A DNA stretch of 64,000 bases. Source: Cenococcum geophilum (lineage: Eukaryota). The stretch is taken from positions 6,262,001 through 6,326,000 of the forward strand of contig CP158636.1 in the NCBI GenBank assembly GCA_050273025.1. Reading direction: 5' to 3'. The translations under genes were made by a program, and so were the position numbers. The notes beneath the pieces were generated by a model. It made no database searches, was not told the origin of the DNA, and saw only the letters and a list, made by a program, of their open reading frames with translations. Positions 11,301-25,800 of the stretch are shown here, in pieces; the stretch's first letter is position 1; every line of letters starts with the position of its first letter.

Positions 11301-14300
11301 ATCGGTCTTCCTAGTAAAGAACTCGTATTTCTTAATTACTACTGGCATCTATTCTTCTTATAGTCTCTTTAAAACCCATTTAACGTATTCTCCATATTCT
11401 TCCTTAGTTATTAAGTAGATAATAATATCGTTAAGGTATACCATAATAAATTCATTAAGGTGTTTTCCTAATATATTGTTAATTCGCTTTTAGAACATTG
11501 CTAGTGCGTTTATAAGCCCGAATTATATAACTAATAGTTTATATAGTCCTTCCTTTGACCTAAAGGCTGCTTTCTATTTATTGCCTTCCTTAATCCTAAT
11601 CTAATAGTACGCCCATCTTAGATCTATCTTTGTAAAGATTTGCGTATTACCTATCCTGTTTTAGATTTCGCTAATTAAGGGTAAAGGATACCTATCCTTC
11701 CTAGTAATGCTATTTAACTATCTATAGTTAATATATAGTCTTAATTTGCCGTTTTTCTTTAGTACAAATAGTACTAGATAACCCGCTAATAACTACAATA
11801 GTCTAATGTATCCCTTTTATAAGTTTTCCTAGACAAATTCTTTAAGTGCTCTACCTTCTTCTTTAGTAAGCTTATAGATTGGAAAGAACCTTAGACTTAT
11901 TCCTAGTTCTAATTCTATCTTATAGTCCTATACTGCATACTTTAACAGCTTTTTACTTTTTAGTGACTATAGTTTCTTGCCGTACTTATAGTATCTCTTT
12001 AGTATATAGCCTAACCCTTTTTCGGTTTCTTCGTAGGTTGCCCCTACTTAGTACTATACTAACTTAGCTTATTGTTATATCTTACGTTATTAAGTATCTC
12101 TAATATCGACCTAACCTGTAATCTAATTAATTTTTAGATTATATTCCTATAACTAAGGCATTCCTAATACTGCCTTATTATTCCCTAATAGTAATATATT
12201 AAAAGACATCTTAACTTGTCTTCCTTTAATGGTTAACTAAATAGGTTCTATTTTAAGATTAATAATGCCTCCTCCGTAGGCTATCGGATCTCCTAAAATT
12301 ATTACTAATAGGTAAGAATGCTCCTTTTATCTGTGTGGTAGCCCTATCCTTTTAACCGCTATTAATGATATATAGTTCCTTATTACTCTACTATCTACTA
12401 ATACTTTAAACTATTAATCTTGCTAATTAACTTGTAAATTTAAGTGTTAACCTTATATTCCTTTAAGGGTCTAAGGCTCTACTACTAGCTCCCTCTAGTT
12501 CTGTAGGCCTCTACTTTTCCTAACTGCTAGCTACTAGATCCTATTTATACTTAGTTTAACTTTAGCTAATACTTAGTTCGCTTTTTGTCTTTAATATACT
12601 ATAGATAGATATTCTCTAGACATTCCTACCATTATTATCTATTTAGGCATTCTTCCGTAAGGAATCTTCCTAGTTAAAGTATTAAGTCCCCTTATTCTTA
12701 AACTTCCGTTAGGTACTAACTATATATATACTTAACATTTCTGTACTTTACCTTATCTAGTGCCTAATATATCCTTACTAGGTACTTCCGGTTCTTATCT
12801 TTAGGTGTTCTATATATGTTATATATATTATCTACGCATACTATCCATAATAGTGTATAATATACTTGGTATTTTAGGTTAACTCTTAGCTCGTCTTTAT
12901 CCTTAAGTTTAAACCTCTCCTATATTAATCTAAGCGTTGCGACTTTGTTTATAGGTACTAAGATTTACCTCTCGCTTCTCTAGTCCTCTAATTACTCCTT
13001 TAGATCCTTTAATATTATAATTAAGGCTCCTTTAATGTAAGTTATAGCCTTCTCTGTAATTAGGTAGTCTTAGATAACTTTCTCGTCTAACTATATATAG
13101 AAATCTTCCTATTCGTTATTATGTCGTTATCTATACCACTTTTGGTATAGTTCTTTAAGCGTATATAGTCTATCCGTAAAGAAGTATCTCTTTATTACTG
13201 CGTTATAATAGCCCTTTATATATCATTTCTCGAACCTAGTTAGAATCCCTAGATCCTCTTCTTATTCCAGTTTAATAAGCCACTTGGCTCTTAATATACC
13301 TACTCTTAGCCTATTAGTAATTTTTTATATTAGTACTCTGTCCCTTATATGTCCCAATATACTAGATCTCTTATCTAGTTTCTGTTTTTACTATACAGCA
13401 ATTCTTACTTTAAATTCTGCTATAGTTTCTTTCCATTTACGCCTTATAAGTAGATCCTAGAAGTCTTCTTGCTTTTTAATCCTAGTATTAAACTTTCGAT
13501 CTTTAGGCTAAATGCTACGTTCCCCTAGTAAGTCTTCTGGGTCTATATATCTATCTCCCATTCTAACTACTGCTTATACTGTAGATTCCCTAATCTATAG
13601 CGAAGCCCCTTACTTCTGTCTTATGGGTGTCCTTATTTATATTCCAAATTCCTAGTCCCTTAGATTCTTTAATCCTAAGCTAGCTTCTGTCTTAAGCTTT
13701 ACTCCTACCTTAGTCTAATTAGGCTTAGGTGTTTTTATCTTGTTTTAAGAGTCTTAAATCTTACTTATCTTGTCTTAAGAATCTTATGCCTTAGGGAATC
13801 TCTATCCCAAGCTTATTTGTATATTCCTAAACTAAGCTACTGCCCTACTCCATCGGTTTTCGTCCGTTATAGGTCCTTAGGTGTGCCTTATTTCGTCTTA
13901 AAAATCTTAGTCCTCTCTTATCTTATCTTAAGAATCTTAAGCCTTTAGCCTTTTACCTTTATTAAGTGGTGAATTAGCACTAGCAGTTGTCTGCTTACTT
14001 AATCTCTATAAGATACTCTTTCTACCATCTTACAAAGCGATAGATGCCGTATTTAATGGTGTTATAATACCCATTACTAAACCTTGCTCTGTGGCGGTCT
14101 CAGTTTTTACTTCTATTGCGTTATTAAGGTTTAGATACCCCTAGTTAGTTCCTTTTTCTTCCTTATTGCTGCTAATTAATAAGTACTCTAACTCTATTAT
14201 TATTGTTACTAATCTTTATCCGTATATTACTGTAATATCTTAATTTAGCTCGTAGAGTCGATCTTATTTTTTATCTAACTCTTAGGTTCCTTTAAGTCCT

Positions 14301-16049
14301 TTTAGCTCTAGCTCTTGTGGCTAATAGCTTACACTATACTTAGTGTCTTTATAAATTTAGTATGCGTTATTATAATAAAACGCGAAACTTCTAATTAAAT
14401 ATTTTTTTGTTCCTCGCAGTGCACTATTATCCCTCTATTTATGTATGCCTTCTACTAGTCTAGTTCCCTTTATTGCATAGTGACTCTAACTATCTTTATA
14501 ATCCCTCGCAAAATGACCTTATTTCCCGCAATTTATATAAGCTCTGTCTCTAAACTACTAACTTTACTATAGAGTTCGCTTAAACGTCTTCTACTAATAA
14601 GATCCCTAGTTTAGCCTATACTCCTTAGTCCTATAATTACTAGATCCTTAACCTTTAGGTTTTTATAGTTTTTTACTCTATCTCTTATAGGTTTCTTTAG
14701 TACTACTTAGGTCTATTAGCTCTGCGCTATACTATAGTTTTTAACTTAGCTTTTGTTATTACGTGCTCTACACCTTATATAACTATAGAACTCTGTCCTA
14801 GCCTCTCTTAGCCTATTCTCTTTAGTAGATCCAATTGTTAATCTTAATCGCTTAATTTATTAAATCCCTTAGAGTATCCGTATCTTCTATTAGGATAATT
14901 ACATCCTAGACTTTAGCCTTAAGTCCCTATTTATACTATGCTATAAGCGCCTTATTATTCTACTTAACTTATATAGCTAACGTCTGGAACTGTATTATAT
15001 ACTTAATTGCTAAGGTTTATTATATAATATCTTAGAGTTTTCTTTCCGCTGTAGTTACTACCTCTAGATCTCCAAACATTTATATAAGTCGCTCTATAAA
15101 TCCTTCCTAACTTAAGAATATAAACCGCACATCTTAGTTAGTAGTTATTATTTTATTCGCTTATATTTCTATAAGGCAAGGCTTAAACCACTTAAGCGCC
15201 CTTCCTAACAGGAATAGTCCTACATATGCTATTTAATCCATAGGTGTTAGTAGTTTTACCCCTTCTTACGTGACTTTAAAGTGCATTTGCGTAAGGAATC
15301 CTTTAAGCTTTAATCTCTCCCCTAAGAATCTCTTAATTAAAGGTAACTTAATCTTTGCTGCCCCTATCCCGTTAATCCTTTATTTAAGTGTCGCATTATT
15401 CTCTATTAACTAGTTCACTATCTCTTATAGTTACCTAACCGTTATAGGTTATTATAAGTTAGTATTTATTATACTAGTGTCACCTCCTAACCTTAAAGTA
15501 GTTGCCGCCGTCGATAGCGTTATAGTAGCTGCTTTTAGTAGTATGTTGTTTAACTTATTAAACTATAACTAGGTAGTAATTGTGTAACGGAACCTTATAG
15601 TAGGTACTACGGTAGGTCCTATTAATAGGCTAGGTATGTAGGTATTACAAGTAAGTTAATAATATAATAACAACTGGTGGAGTGGTTGCCTAACAGATTA
15701 ACTCTAATTATATTCTAAGAATTACTATAAGGAAGGAACTATCTAGGTAGGGACTAAGGGTCCTTAAATACACAACCGTACTCCTATGAAATCCTTCTTA
15801 TACGTAATATACGTGTGCTCTATCTGCTCTGTCACAGATCCTATAGATCCTACAGATTACACAGATCACCTTACGTAACTTATACTACTATTCCTCGTCA
15901 CATAGTTCTACTAGTTCCATCCTAGACCGTGCTTTTATTAACTAACTAGTTTCTTCTAACTCTTCTCTAAGTAGTCGTAACATCGTACTTAAAGCGTCCG
16001 TAACATTATTAAGGGTATTTTATCTTAATATAATAAGGATAAAGCATTA

Positions 16050-16475
16050 ACGTATTCCACCACCGAGCCGGCAGAACCACCGAGCCGGTAAGTCCATTTC
16101 CCCACCAAAAATCGTAAAAATCACAATATAATATCTTAACAACCACTTAATAATAAATTCTAATAATTTAGATTTAGACTTTTATATACACTCTATAGCT
16201 TCTATTAAAGTTATATAGTAAATAGTTTAGTAGTTTTTAAGATATAGTAATTTGGCTATATTTTGGCCCCTAAATTTTAATACCTTAAAAACTACTAACC
16301 TATTTACTATGCAACTTTAATAGAAGCTATAGAGTGTATATAAAAGTCTAAATCTAAATTATTAGAATTTATTATTAAGTGGTTGTTAAGATATTATATT
16401 GTGATTTTTACGATTTTTGGTGGGGAAATGGACTTGCCGGCTCGGTGGTTCTGCCGGCTCGGTGGTGGAATACGT
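16050..16475. mobile_element. Foldback MITE (426 bp), pogo/Fot1-like (Tc1-mariner superfamily)
   Basis: Approx. 195-bp inverted arms acgtattccaccaccgagccggcag.../...ctgccggctcggtggtggaatacgt with a short spacer; TA TSD; interrupts the A1 RNase H region. Confidence 0.93.
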
Positions 16476-19400
16476 TATACCATATAGTATACTTTTTTTT
16501 AAATAATTAAGCCTAGCTAAATATAACTATAAAATCTATAATAAGGAGTTACTAGCTATTATTAAATATTTTAAATAATAGTAACCTAAACTAAAAGGCG
16601 CCGGATTTCTAATTAAGGTCTTAAATAATTATATAAAATAGTTAAGCTATTATTAGGCCTATTAGTTAAAATATATATTTTGTTTTTAATTATTAATTAT
16701 ATACCGCCTATATATTTAAGGCTAAAAGCCTAATACTCTAACCTAACGCTTATATAACGCGCTAGTACTAAAAAGAGTACGCTTTTACTAAAATTAGGCA
16801 CTATTTTACCCTAAACTATTTAGCCCGGCTATTAAAGATCTTTAAGGAACACCAAAATCGAGATCCGACCCATACTATCCTATAGGGGTTCCTTTCCATC
16901 TCATCCTATCTATATAGTTAAGCTAAAAGTAAGGATCTCATCTATTACTAATGCAGCGGCGTTACGTCATGGCTAGAGGACGCTTTCAAATGCGTTGTCC
17001 TTAACGCCATTAGAACAGCAAAGTCTTCACAGGTCTTAGTGTGCTAAGACTTAAAAAAACCACTATAGACAACTTATTAAGAACAGAGGAATGGTCTTAA
17101 AAACTACTTAACGTCTCTCTACCTAGACAACCGATCTAGGGCCATAAGCCAGCGCTTACATTTACTAGCGAAAGCGATAGGTCTAAGGGGACGATAGGGT
17201 ACCTCTATACTTATTCCGCTTTAAAACTGCTATAGCAGCAAGGGCACAGGAAGAATCTTAACACCGTTAACCACATTTAGCGACGTTAATCCTCCCTTTT
17301 TACGCAGCGGCGTTAACCCTTCTCTAGGCGGCAATACTAATCTAAAACAAACCAAGAAAGAGCTAGGGCGACCTCTCTAGGCAGCAATATTAATCTAAAA
17401 CAGACTAAAAAAGAGCTAGGATAAACCTATATAGGTAGGCTAGAACGGACTTAGATGTAGGTATTAGTTAAGATAAGAGGATAATAAGTTTAGTTAGTAG
17501 GCATAGGGGACAATAACTGCGCGGCGTTAAGTTATCATAGGCCCACGCCTACAAGACACAGTCGGCCTATTATTATAAAAGCGTCATAGGTAACGCAAAG
17601 CAGCTAGCAATAGCTATAGGGCATAGTATATAATAGCAGCAACGGACAACTCTAGGAACCTTACCCCTTTACTAGGCTCTAACCCCTAGTGGACCTATCT
17701 TAGAGGAAGGATTAACACCTTATTAACAACACTGTCTATATAGCCTAAAAGGATAGATATATATATCGGTTTATCTAAGCAGGGGTAGGCTATAGGGATA
17801 GGCTTATAAAGCAAATCAGGTATATACAGGCAGGAACTAGTTTAGCTAGCTAGCTACTATAGAAGCATTTACATAGAAAACCGTAGTAGGGAACTAGGTA
17901 AGTAGTTTGGGCAAACTTACTATATATATAACTCTTATAGCTGTCAATCTGAAACGGACATCCTTGCCACTACCTTGCACCTTAACTCGGTCACCGACCC
18001 CTTGACTTAGTTACCGACTTAATTACCCTTTTCATGTATATATATAGAGGCCCTAGAGCCACATTCAATAGATAGACTTCTCATTCTTAACCTGCGCACG
18101 GACCCTTAATCGACAGTTATGAGCCCGGGTATCTTGCCGTATTGCACCTATTTAACCCATCTTTATACGCAATGCCCGACACGTATAAGTCTCCTACCAT
18201 TATCCTTAACGAGCCCTCTGACTGGGAGGAATGGATCTTTATAGTTAAGATTAGAGCGCAGCCGTTGGATACATGGCAGTATCTAGACCCAGACAGTACG
18301 GTTTCTCCGGGGGTACCAGCCAACCCTACACCTCTTCCTTCACAAGTTAAGGAAGGAGCCACCCTTCTCGATCTCTCTAGCGCCAAATTAACACGACTGA
18401 AAACGTTAACGGAGTTATCGCGTTAAGATATAAAGAACTATCGCGAACAAACGGCCAGTGATGCAACTGGTTTGGATCGGTTGCCAAAATCAGCCTCAAA
18501 CCGATCCAAAAATTGAATGAAAGCTTCGAACCGGTTATATAACCGGTTTAACCAGATCAACCAGATTAAATAGTATATATTTAAGTGAATTGTAGTATAC
18601 AATATAGTAGGATTATTTAAGGCGCGGAGTAGTTAGATTAAGGTAGGAAATAGTAAACTAGAGCCCTATATAACTTAAGCGACGTAAGTAGCTGGTTTAG
18701 TAATTAATAAGTTAATTAGAAGCATGGACTTACTATTGCGAGTCTTAGCATAGTGTTAAGAGATATACTAGTTATTAATTATGGTGTATTTAATCTCGTT
18801 ATCCTTATTATTAGAGTCGTCCTTATCTTCCTTATCGTCCTCCTAATCTTCCTTTTTATGCTCCGGCCCGCTAGCTTCTTATTAATTTACCTTTATATTA
18901 CCCGTCGCGTTGCCTACTATATTGCCCATTAAGTCGCCTACCGCGTTGCCTACCGTGTCAGTTTCTAATTTGGCGGTAGCCTTAGCGGCAGCTTTAGTAA
19001 CAGTCTCTTCCTCCTTATACTACTTATCAACATCAAAATTAACGCCTTTTTTAAAGGCCTTTACTTAAGGGCGCCCGAACTAGGACTTTAGGCACTTATT
19101 AGCTTTAATAATATCGGCTTTAAGGCGGTTTTGGGGGTTAGTAAGGAGGTGCTTAGCGGAGCTAAATACGCGTTTATATTTAGCGCTTATTAACAGTATA
19201 GCTAGCATATTAAGAGCAAATCGAGTAAGGTCTAGTTATAAATAATACTTACTATTTTAGTAAGCCAGAGGATTATTAATAGCTTCTTAGTTAGTTTAAA
19301 TATAGGTTAGATAGGTATTAGTTCTAGCAAGAGGCATAGCTTTAATCTATTTGTAATTTAAAAGCCCACTAAACGTCTCGCCGCGTATAAAGTGTATTAG

Positions 19401-19891
19401 TTGCTATAGCTGCTTAATAGCGACAAGAGTACTATACCTGCCCTTATACTCCTCTAGCCAAAGGTCCTCTACTAAGCCTTTAATACCGCAATCGGTTAGA
19501 TCCTTAGGATTACTATAAAACCAGGTCTTCTTATTCTTATCTTAATTAAATTCCTACTAAAACTATAACCACTTCTTGCTCGGTATAAGTATATACGCAG
19601 TATAATAAGCGGCACTATTATCTACGCGTTTATAGTACTCCTTATACTTCTCCTATAAGGCGTAGGCTGCGGCTTCTAAATAGGTATATTCCTTACTATT
19701 ACTATATTTAATATAGAGTTTTTAGAAGTTAACCTAGGCGTTATAAGTACAGTTAAGAAGCCAATCTATTATGGTAAACCAGTAGTAGAGCATATGCTTA
19801 TAGCCCTAGCCGTATATAGTAGTTTTGTAGAACGGCTAAAAGACAAAGGAAAGCTTTTTAAGAAGGAACCAGTGGTGCGTAGTAAGATAAT

Positions 19892-22800
19892 TATAACGGA
19901 ACCTTATAGTAAGAACTACGATGGGCTCGTCAATGGGCTAGGTGTGTAGGAAATGCAAGTACAAAAGTCAACAACGTAATAATAACTGGTGGAGTGGTTG
20001 CCCAACAGATTAACTCCAATTGTATTCTAAGAATTACTACAAGGAAGAAACTATCTAGGTAGGGACTAAGGGTCCTTAAATACACAACCGTACTCCTAAG
20101 AAAGTTGTTGCTCTATCTGCTCTATCTGCTCTATTCACTCTATAATAGATCTTATAGATTATATAGATTATATAGATTATATTATATAACTCTACTTACT
20201 ATTCCTCGTTATATAGTTCTACGGGTTTTATCTTAGACCGTGCTTATATTAACTAACTAGCTTCTTCTAACTCTTCTCCAAGTAGTTATAATATTGTACT
20301 TAAAGCGTCCGTAATACCATCTCCCTCCTCTTTATCTTCATCCTTAAAGATACTTAGCATCTCCAGGTTGTTTACTAGAGGTATAATATCCATCTAATTA
20401 ATTTAGTTAATATTGTTACTTATAATACCTAAAGCACCTTCTTCTTCCTCTACAGCCCGTTAGTCTTATACCGTTGCTATAATATTATCTCTTAGTGAGA
20501 TAATGCCATCTCTATGTTCTTATTATGTAAAAGAGGGGCTAGTTTACGTTACGTTGGCGAGTCCTTTATCCTGGTAACCTTCCTCTTATTTGGAGTGCAC
20601 TAAAGCGAATATTCGTTTATCCTGTAACGTTTGCTCTATCTCTAATATTAAATATACGCGACTTATTACTCTTAATAGTTATCTAGTTCCCTAATTGATT
20701 TATTTTAGGGTCTTGTGTTTAATCTAAGGCAGAAAAACTTAAGGGTAATCTTGCCGCAGCGCTAGTAAAAGCCTATCGTTAATCCGAAGAATCTGCTTAT
20801 GCCCTTAAGGCTCAGCAGTCTGCCTTTATAAAAGTTTAGCGTCTTTAACGCGTTTATAAGAAGGTTTGCTTTAAGGAGTGGAAACTTATAGAATAAGGTC
20901 TACAGGAACTAGGTGATAAAAGAACGGACTTTCTTCTAATAGAGAAGGAAACAGATCCAAGTAGTTCGGCAACTGCTCTTCTTAGGTCCCCCTTAGGTAA
21001 CTTATTTTTTAGCGATTCTTTTTTATTAATGCTGCCTAACCTAATCTCTTCTGATACTCCTGTACCTTTTCTATAGCGTTCTTTAAATTCTCTAGTGGCT
21101 CCTAGGTAGTTTTAGTATAGCCTATCTACTTAACCTTATACTATATTTCGTTATTAATGTCCTTATAATTAATAATCTTTAATACTTACTATTTGTCTTC
21201 TTCTTGTCCTCTATACGTGTCTGCTTTATAAACTAGTGGCTTAATATTCCTATATACTAGCTCTAGTATTGCAATGTGCTATATAGGGTAAATCTTTATT
21301 TTAGCTGGTAGGTTTAACTTAAACGTGACCGGTGAAATCATCTATGTAATTTTAAAAGGTCCTAATCTGACGTGGTCTAATTTCTTGCTTAGTCGTTAAC
21401 TCTTGAAATTTTTATATAGTAGCCATACTTTATCTCCCTCCTTAAGATCTAGTCCCTTAGATCTCTTAGTATTATAGTACTTTTTTATTCTCTCTTATAC
21501 TTTCTTTGCTAATTCCATAAGGTCTATATAAAGATTTATTAATGTCTTTATTCTCTCTTTAGCTGTACTACTCGTTTTCTTTACTTGCTATAGTAATAAC
21601 AATGTTCTTAGCTCGTATCTATAATTTGCCTTAAATGGTAATATGCCTATTCCTTCTTAAGGTGTTATATTATATGCAAACTGTGTAACTAGTAACAGTA
21701 ATACCTAATTATTTTGTATATGATTAATATAATGCCTTAAATACTGCTCTAGCGTCTAATTTAATCTTTTCGTTTAACTGTCTGTCTGTGGATAGTATAT
21801 GGTAGAAGTTACTGCTTAAACTTCTTGCTCCGCTAAGAACACTTCCTAGAATACTGCTATAAATCTTAGATCTCTATCTGATATAATCTTGCTTAGTGCT
21901 CCATATCTTATAAATACTTCTTTAATATAGATTCTAGCGACATCTTCCGCTAAGATTTCTTCTGTATATGCTATAAAGTATCCCTACTTTATAAGCTTAT
22001 CTATTATTACTAAGATTACGTTATAATCTTGTCTGGTAATAGGATCTCTTAATTTTAGCAACTTAATAATAAAGTCCTATAATATAACCTCCTATAGTCT
22101 TTCTGGTATTTTAACAGGTTGTAGCCCTCTATATGGCTTATGCCTTATTAGTTTGTTCCTTTAGTAATCTAGATATTCCTTTATAACCCTTCTAGCTATC
22201 CTCTAGATTCCGTCAATAATGTATTCCTTTTAGAGTCTCGATACTAAGCCTATAGCTCCATTGTGTCCTTAAGTTAGTCCTTTATAGAAGTCCTCCACGA
22301 ATTACTCTGCTATGCTTTTTAGGATGTACTTTACTTCTTAATTTTCGTATATATCCGTCTGTGGATTTTCTAGCTATATTTTTAGAATTCTTTATACCCA
22401 AAAGCTTTTTAATGTCTTATAGACTTTCTCTAGTTCGTTATCTTCTTAAGTTGCTGTAATTTTTGGATAATTATACCTAATTAATCTATCTATATCTTTT
22501 CGTAATAAAGCCCCTAATGGCTTTCCCTTATTTTATAGTTTAGCTTTACGGCTTAGAGCATCTGCCCGCGTATTGTTTATACCTTTGGTATACTAAATCT
22601 CGAAATGGTATTCCGTAAGTATCTCTACCCATTTAACCTATCTTTAGTTAAGTTCCTTTATTATTAGGAATCCTATTAGGTTCTTATAATCCGTTTTAAC
22701 TATAAATAGTTTCTCTATGCCTTATAAGAATGCTCTCTATTTCTTTAATACTGTAACTATACCTAATAACTCTTTGTTATAAATGTTATAGTTTAACTCT

Positions 22801-25800
22801 AATGGTGTTATCTTCCGACTATAGTATACCACTAGGTGCCATCTATCTTAATGCCTTTATATAAAGTACGCCCCTAGTGTATAGTCTAATACATCTATTT
22901 CTATAACCGTCTTTAGTTTTAGTTAATAGATCTTAAGAACTGGCTCCTAGGTAAATAACTCTTTAACTTTCTTAAAGAGTTCTCTTTACTCTTCCCCCTA
23001 TACCTATAGTTCTTCTTTCTTTATTAACCGCGTAAATGGCTTAATATCCTTTAACTATTGCGCTATAAACCTTCTATAGTAATTGCAAAACCCTAGAAAC
23101 GATCTTAACTATGTAACGTTCTCTAGTTCCTACTAATTTACTATAGCCTTGATCTTTTTTAGATCTATACTAAGTTAGCCTAGTTTAATAATAAATCTAA
23201 CAAAATTAGTCTTCCTGGTAAAGAATTTGCATTTCTTAATTACTACTAGTATTTATTCTTCTTATAGTCTCTTTAAGACCCATTTAACGTATTCCCTGTA
23301 TTCTTTCTTAGTCGTTAAGTAGATAATAATATCGTTGAGATATACTATAATAAATTCATCTAAGTATTCTCCTAATATATTATTAATACACTTTTGGAAC
23401 GTTGCTAGTGCGTTTATAAGCCCGAATTATATAACTAATGGTTTATATAGTCCTTCCTTTAACCTAAAGGCTGCCTTCTATTTATTGCCTTCCTTAATCC
23501 TAATCTAATAGTATACCTATCTTAGATCTATCTTTGTAAAGATTTGCGCATTACCTATCCTGTTTTAGATTTCGCTAATTAAGGGTAAAGAATACCTATC
23601 CTTCTTAGTAATGCTGTTTAACTGTCTATAGTTGATACACAGCCTTAGTTTGCTATTTTTCTTTAGTATAAACAGTACTGGATAACCCACTAATGACTGT
23701 GATAGTCTGATATATCCCTTTTGTAGATTTTCCTAGATAAACTCTTTTAATGCTCTACCTTCTTCTTTAGTGAGCTTGTAGATTAGAAAGAACTTTAGAC
23801 TTATTCCTAGTTCTAACTCTATCTTATAGTCCCATGCTGCATATTCTAACAGTTTTTTACTTTTTAGTGACCATAGTTCCTTGCCGTACTTATGGTATCT
23901 CTTTAGTATATAGCTTAGTCCTTTTTCTATTTCTTTATAGGTTGCTCCTACTTAGTACTATACTAACTTAGCTTGTTATTATATCTTACGGCGTTAAGTA
24001 TCTCTAATATCGACCTAACCTATAATCTAGTTGATTCTTAGATTATATTCCTATAACTAAGGCATGCCTAATACTGCCTCGTCCCGTCCTAATGGTAGGA
24101 TATTAAAAGATATCTTAATTTGTCTTCCTTTAATAGTTATCTAAATAGGTCCTATTTCAAGATTAATAATCCCTCCTCTATAGGTTATTAGATCTCCTAA
24201 AATTATAACTAATAGGTAAGGTTGCTCCTTTTGTCTATAAGGTAGCCCTATTCTCTTAATTGCTGCTAGTAAGATATAGTTTCGCGTTGCTCCACTATCT
24301 ATTAGCGCTTTAAACTACTGATCTTACTAATTAACTCGTAAATTTAGGTGTTGTCCTTGAATTCCTTTAAGGGTCTAAGGCTCTACTACTAGCTCCCTCT
24401 GGTCCTATGGGCCTCTACTTTTCCTAACTATTAGCTGCTTAATCCTGGTGTACTTAGCTTATTTTTTAGCTAATGCCTAGTTCGCTTTTTATCTTTAATA
24501 TACTATAGATATGTGTTTTTTAGGTATTCCTACTATTATTATCCGTCTAAGCATTTTTCTGTAAGGAATCTTCCTGGTTAAAGTACTAAATTTTCTTCCT
24601 CTTGGACCTCTGCTGGATGCTATCTATATATATATTTAGTATTCCTATACTATTACTTATCCGTTATCTAGTATATCCTTATAGGGTATTTCCAATTCTT
24701 TTCTTTTGGATTCTTATGTATTTTGTATATATCGTCCACGTATATAATCTATAATAATGTGTGGTATACTAGGTGCTTTAGGTTAACTCTTGGCTTGTCT
24801 TCGCTCTTAAGTTTAAACCTTTATTATGCTGATCTGAACGTTATAACTTTATTTGTAGGTACTAAGATATGCCTTTCGCTTCTCTAGTCCTCTAAACGTT
24901 CCTCTAAATCTTTTAATATGCGTTATAGTCTTCTTTATAATTAGGTGGTCCTAGATAACTTTTTTATCCAACTATATATAGAAATCTTCCCACTTATTAT
25001 TGCGTCGTTGCCTATACCACTTTTGGTATAGCTGCTGGAGTATATATAGTCTATCCGTAAGGAAATATCTCTTTATTACTGCGTTGTGACAGCCTTTAGT
25101 ATATCGTTCCTTAAATCTAGTTGGAATCCCTAGATCCTCTTTATCTTCTAGTTTGGTAAGCTACTTAGCTCTTAGTGTGCCTGTTCTTAGCTAATTGGTA
25201 ATTCTTTGTACTAGTGCTCTGTCCTTCGTACGTCCTAATATGCTAGATCTCTTATCTAGTTTCTGTTCTTGCTATGTGATAATTCTTTATCTAAATTCTT
25301 CTATAGTTTCTTTTGGTTTGCGCCTTGCGCTCTAATCCTTAAAGTCGTCTTGCTTTTTAATTTTGGTATTAACTTTTTAATCTTTAGTCTAAACACTTTA
25401 TTTAACTAGTAAATCCTCTAGGTTTATGTATTCGTCTCCTAGTTTAATTGCTATTTGTGCCGCAGATTCTCTGATCTATAAAGAAGCTCCTTGCCTCTTA
25501 TCTGTGGGTGTCCTAATTTATACCCCGAATTCTTAACCCTTTAGGTTTTTTAATCCCGAGCTTGCTTTTGACCTAAGCTTAGCCCCTGCCTTAGTCCAAC
25601 TAGGCTTAACTGGTGTCCTTATCTTGTCTTAAGAGTCCTAGATTTTACTTATCTTATCTTAAGAATCTTATGCCGTTGGGAATTCTTGTCCCGAGCTTAT
25701 TCGTATGTTTTTAAACTGAGCTGCTGCTCTACTCTATCGGTTATCGTCTGTTATAGGTCCTTAAGCTTGCCTTATCTCGTTTTGAGAATCTTAGTTGTCT

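Larger units (their letters stand above)
5520..16005 (-). mobile_element. Full-length Gypsy/chromovirus B1 (LTRs 5520-5942 and 15583-16005), RIP-inactivated
   Basis: 423-bp direct repeats; TSD ttatt; PPT next to the left LTR. Minus strand carries gag (MPPKAA relic at ~15545, zinc knuckle ~14495-14540), protease ~12390, RT YLDD at ~11428-11439, RNase H, integrase and chromodomain ~9200-9290. Confidence 0.95.
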
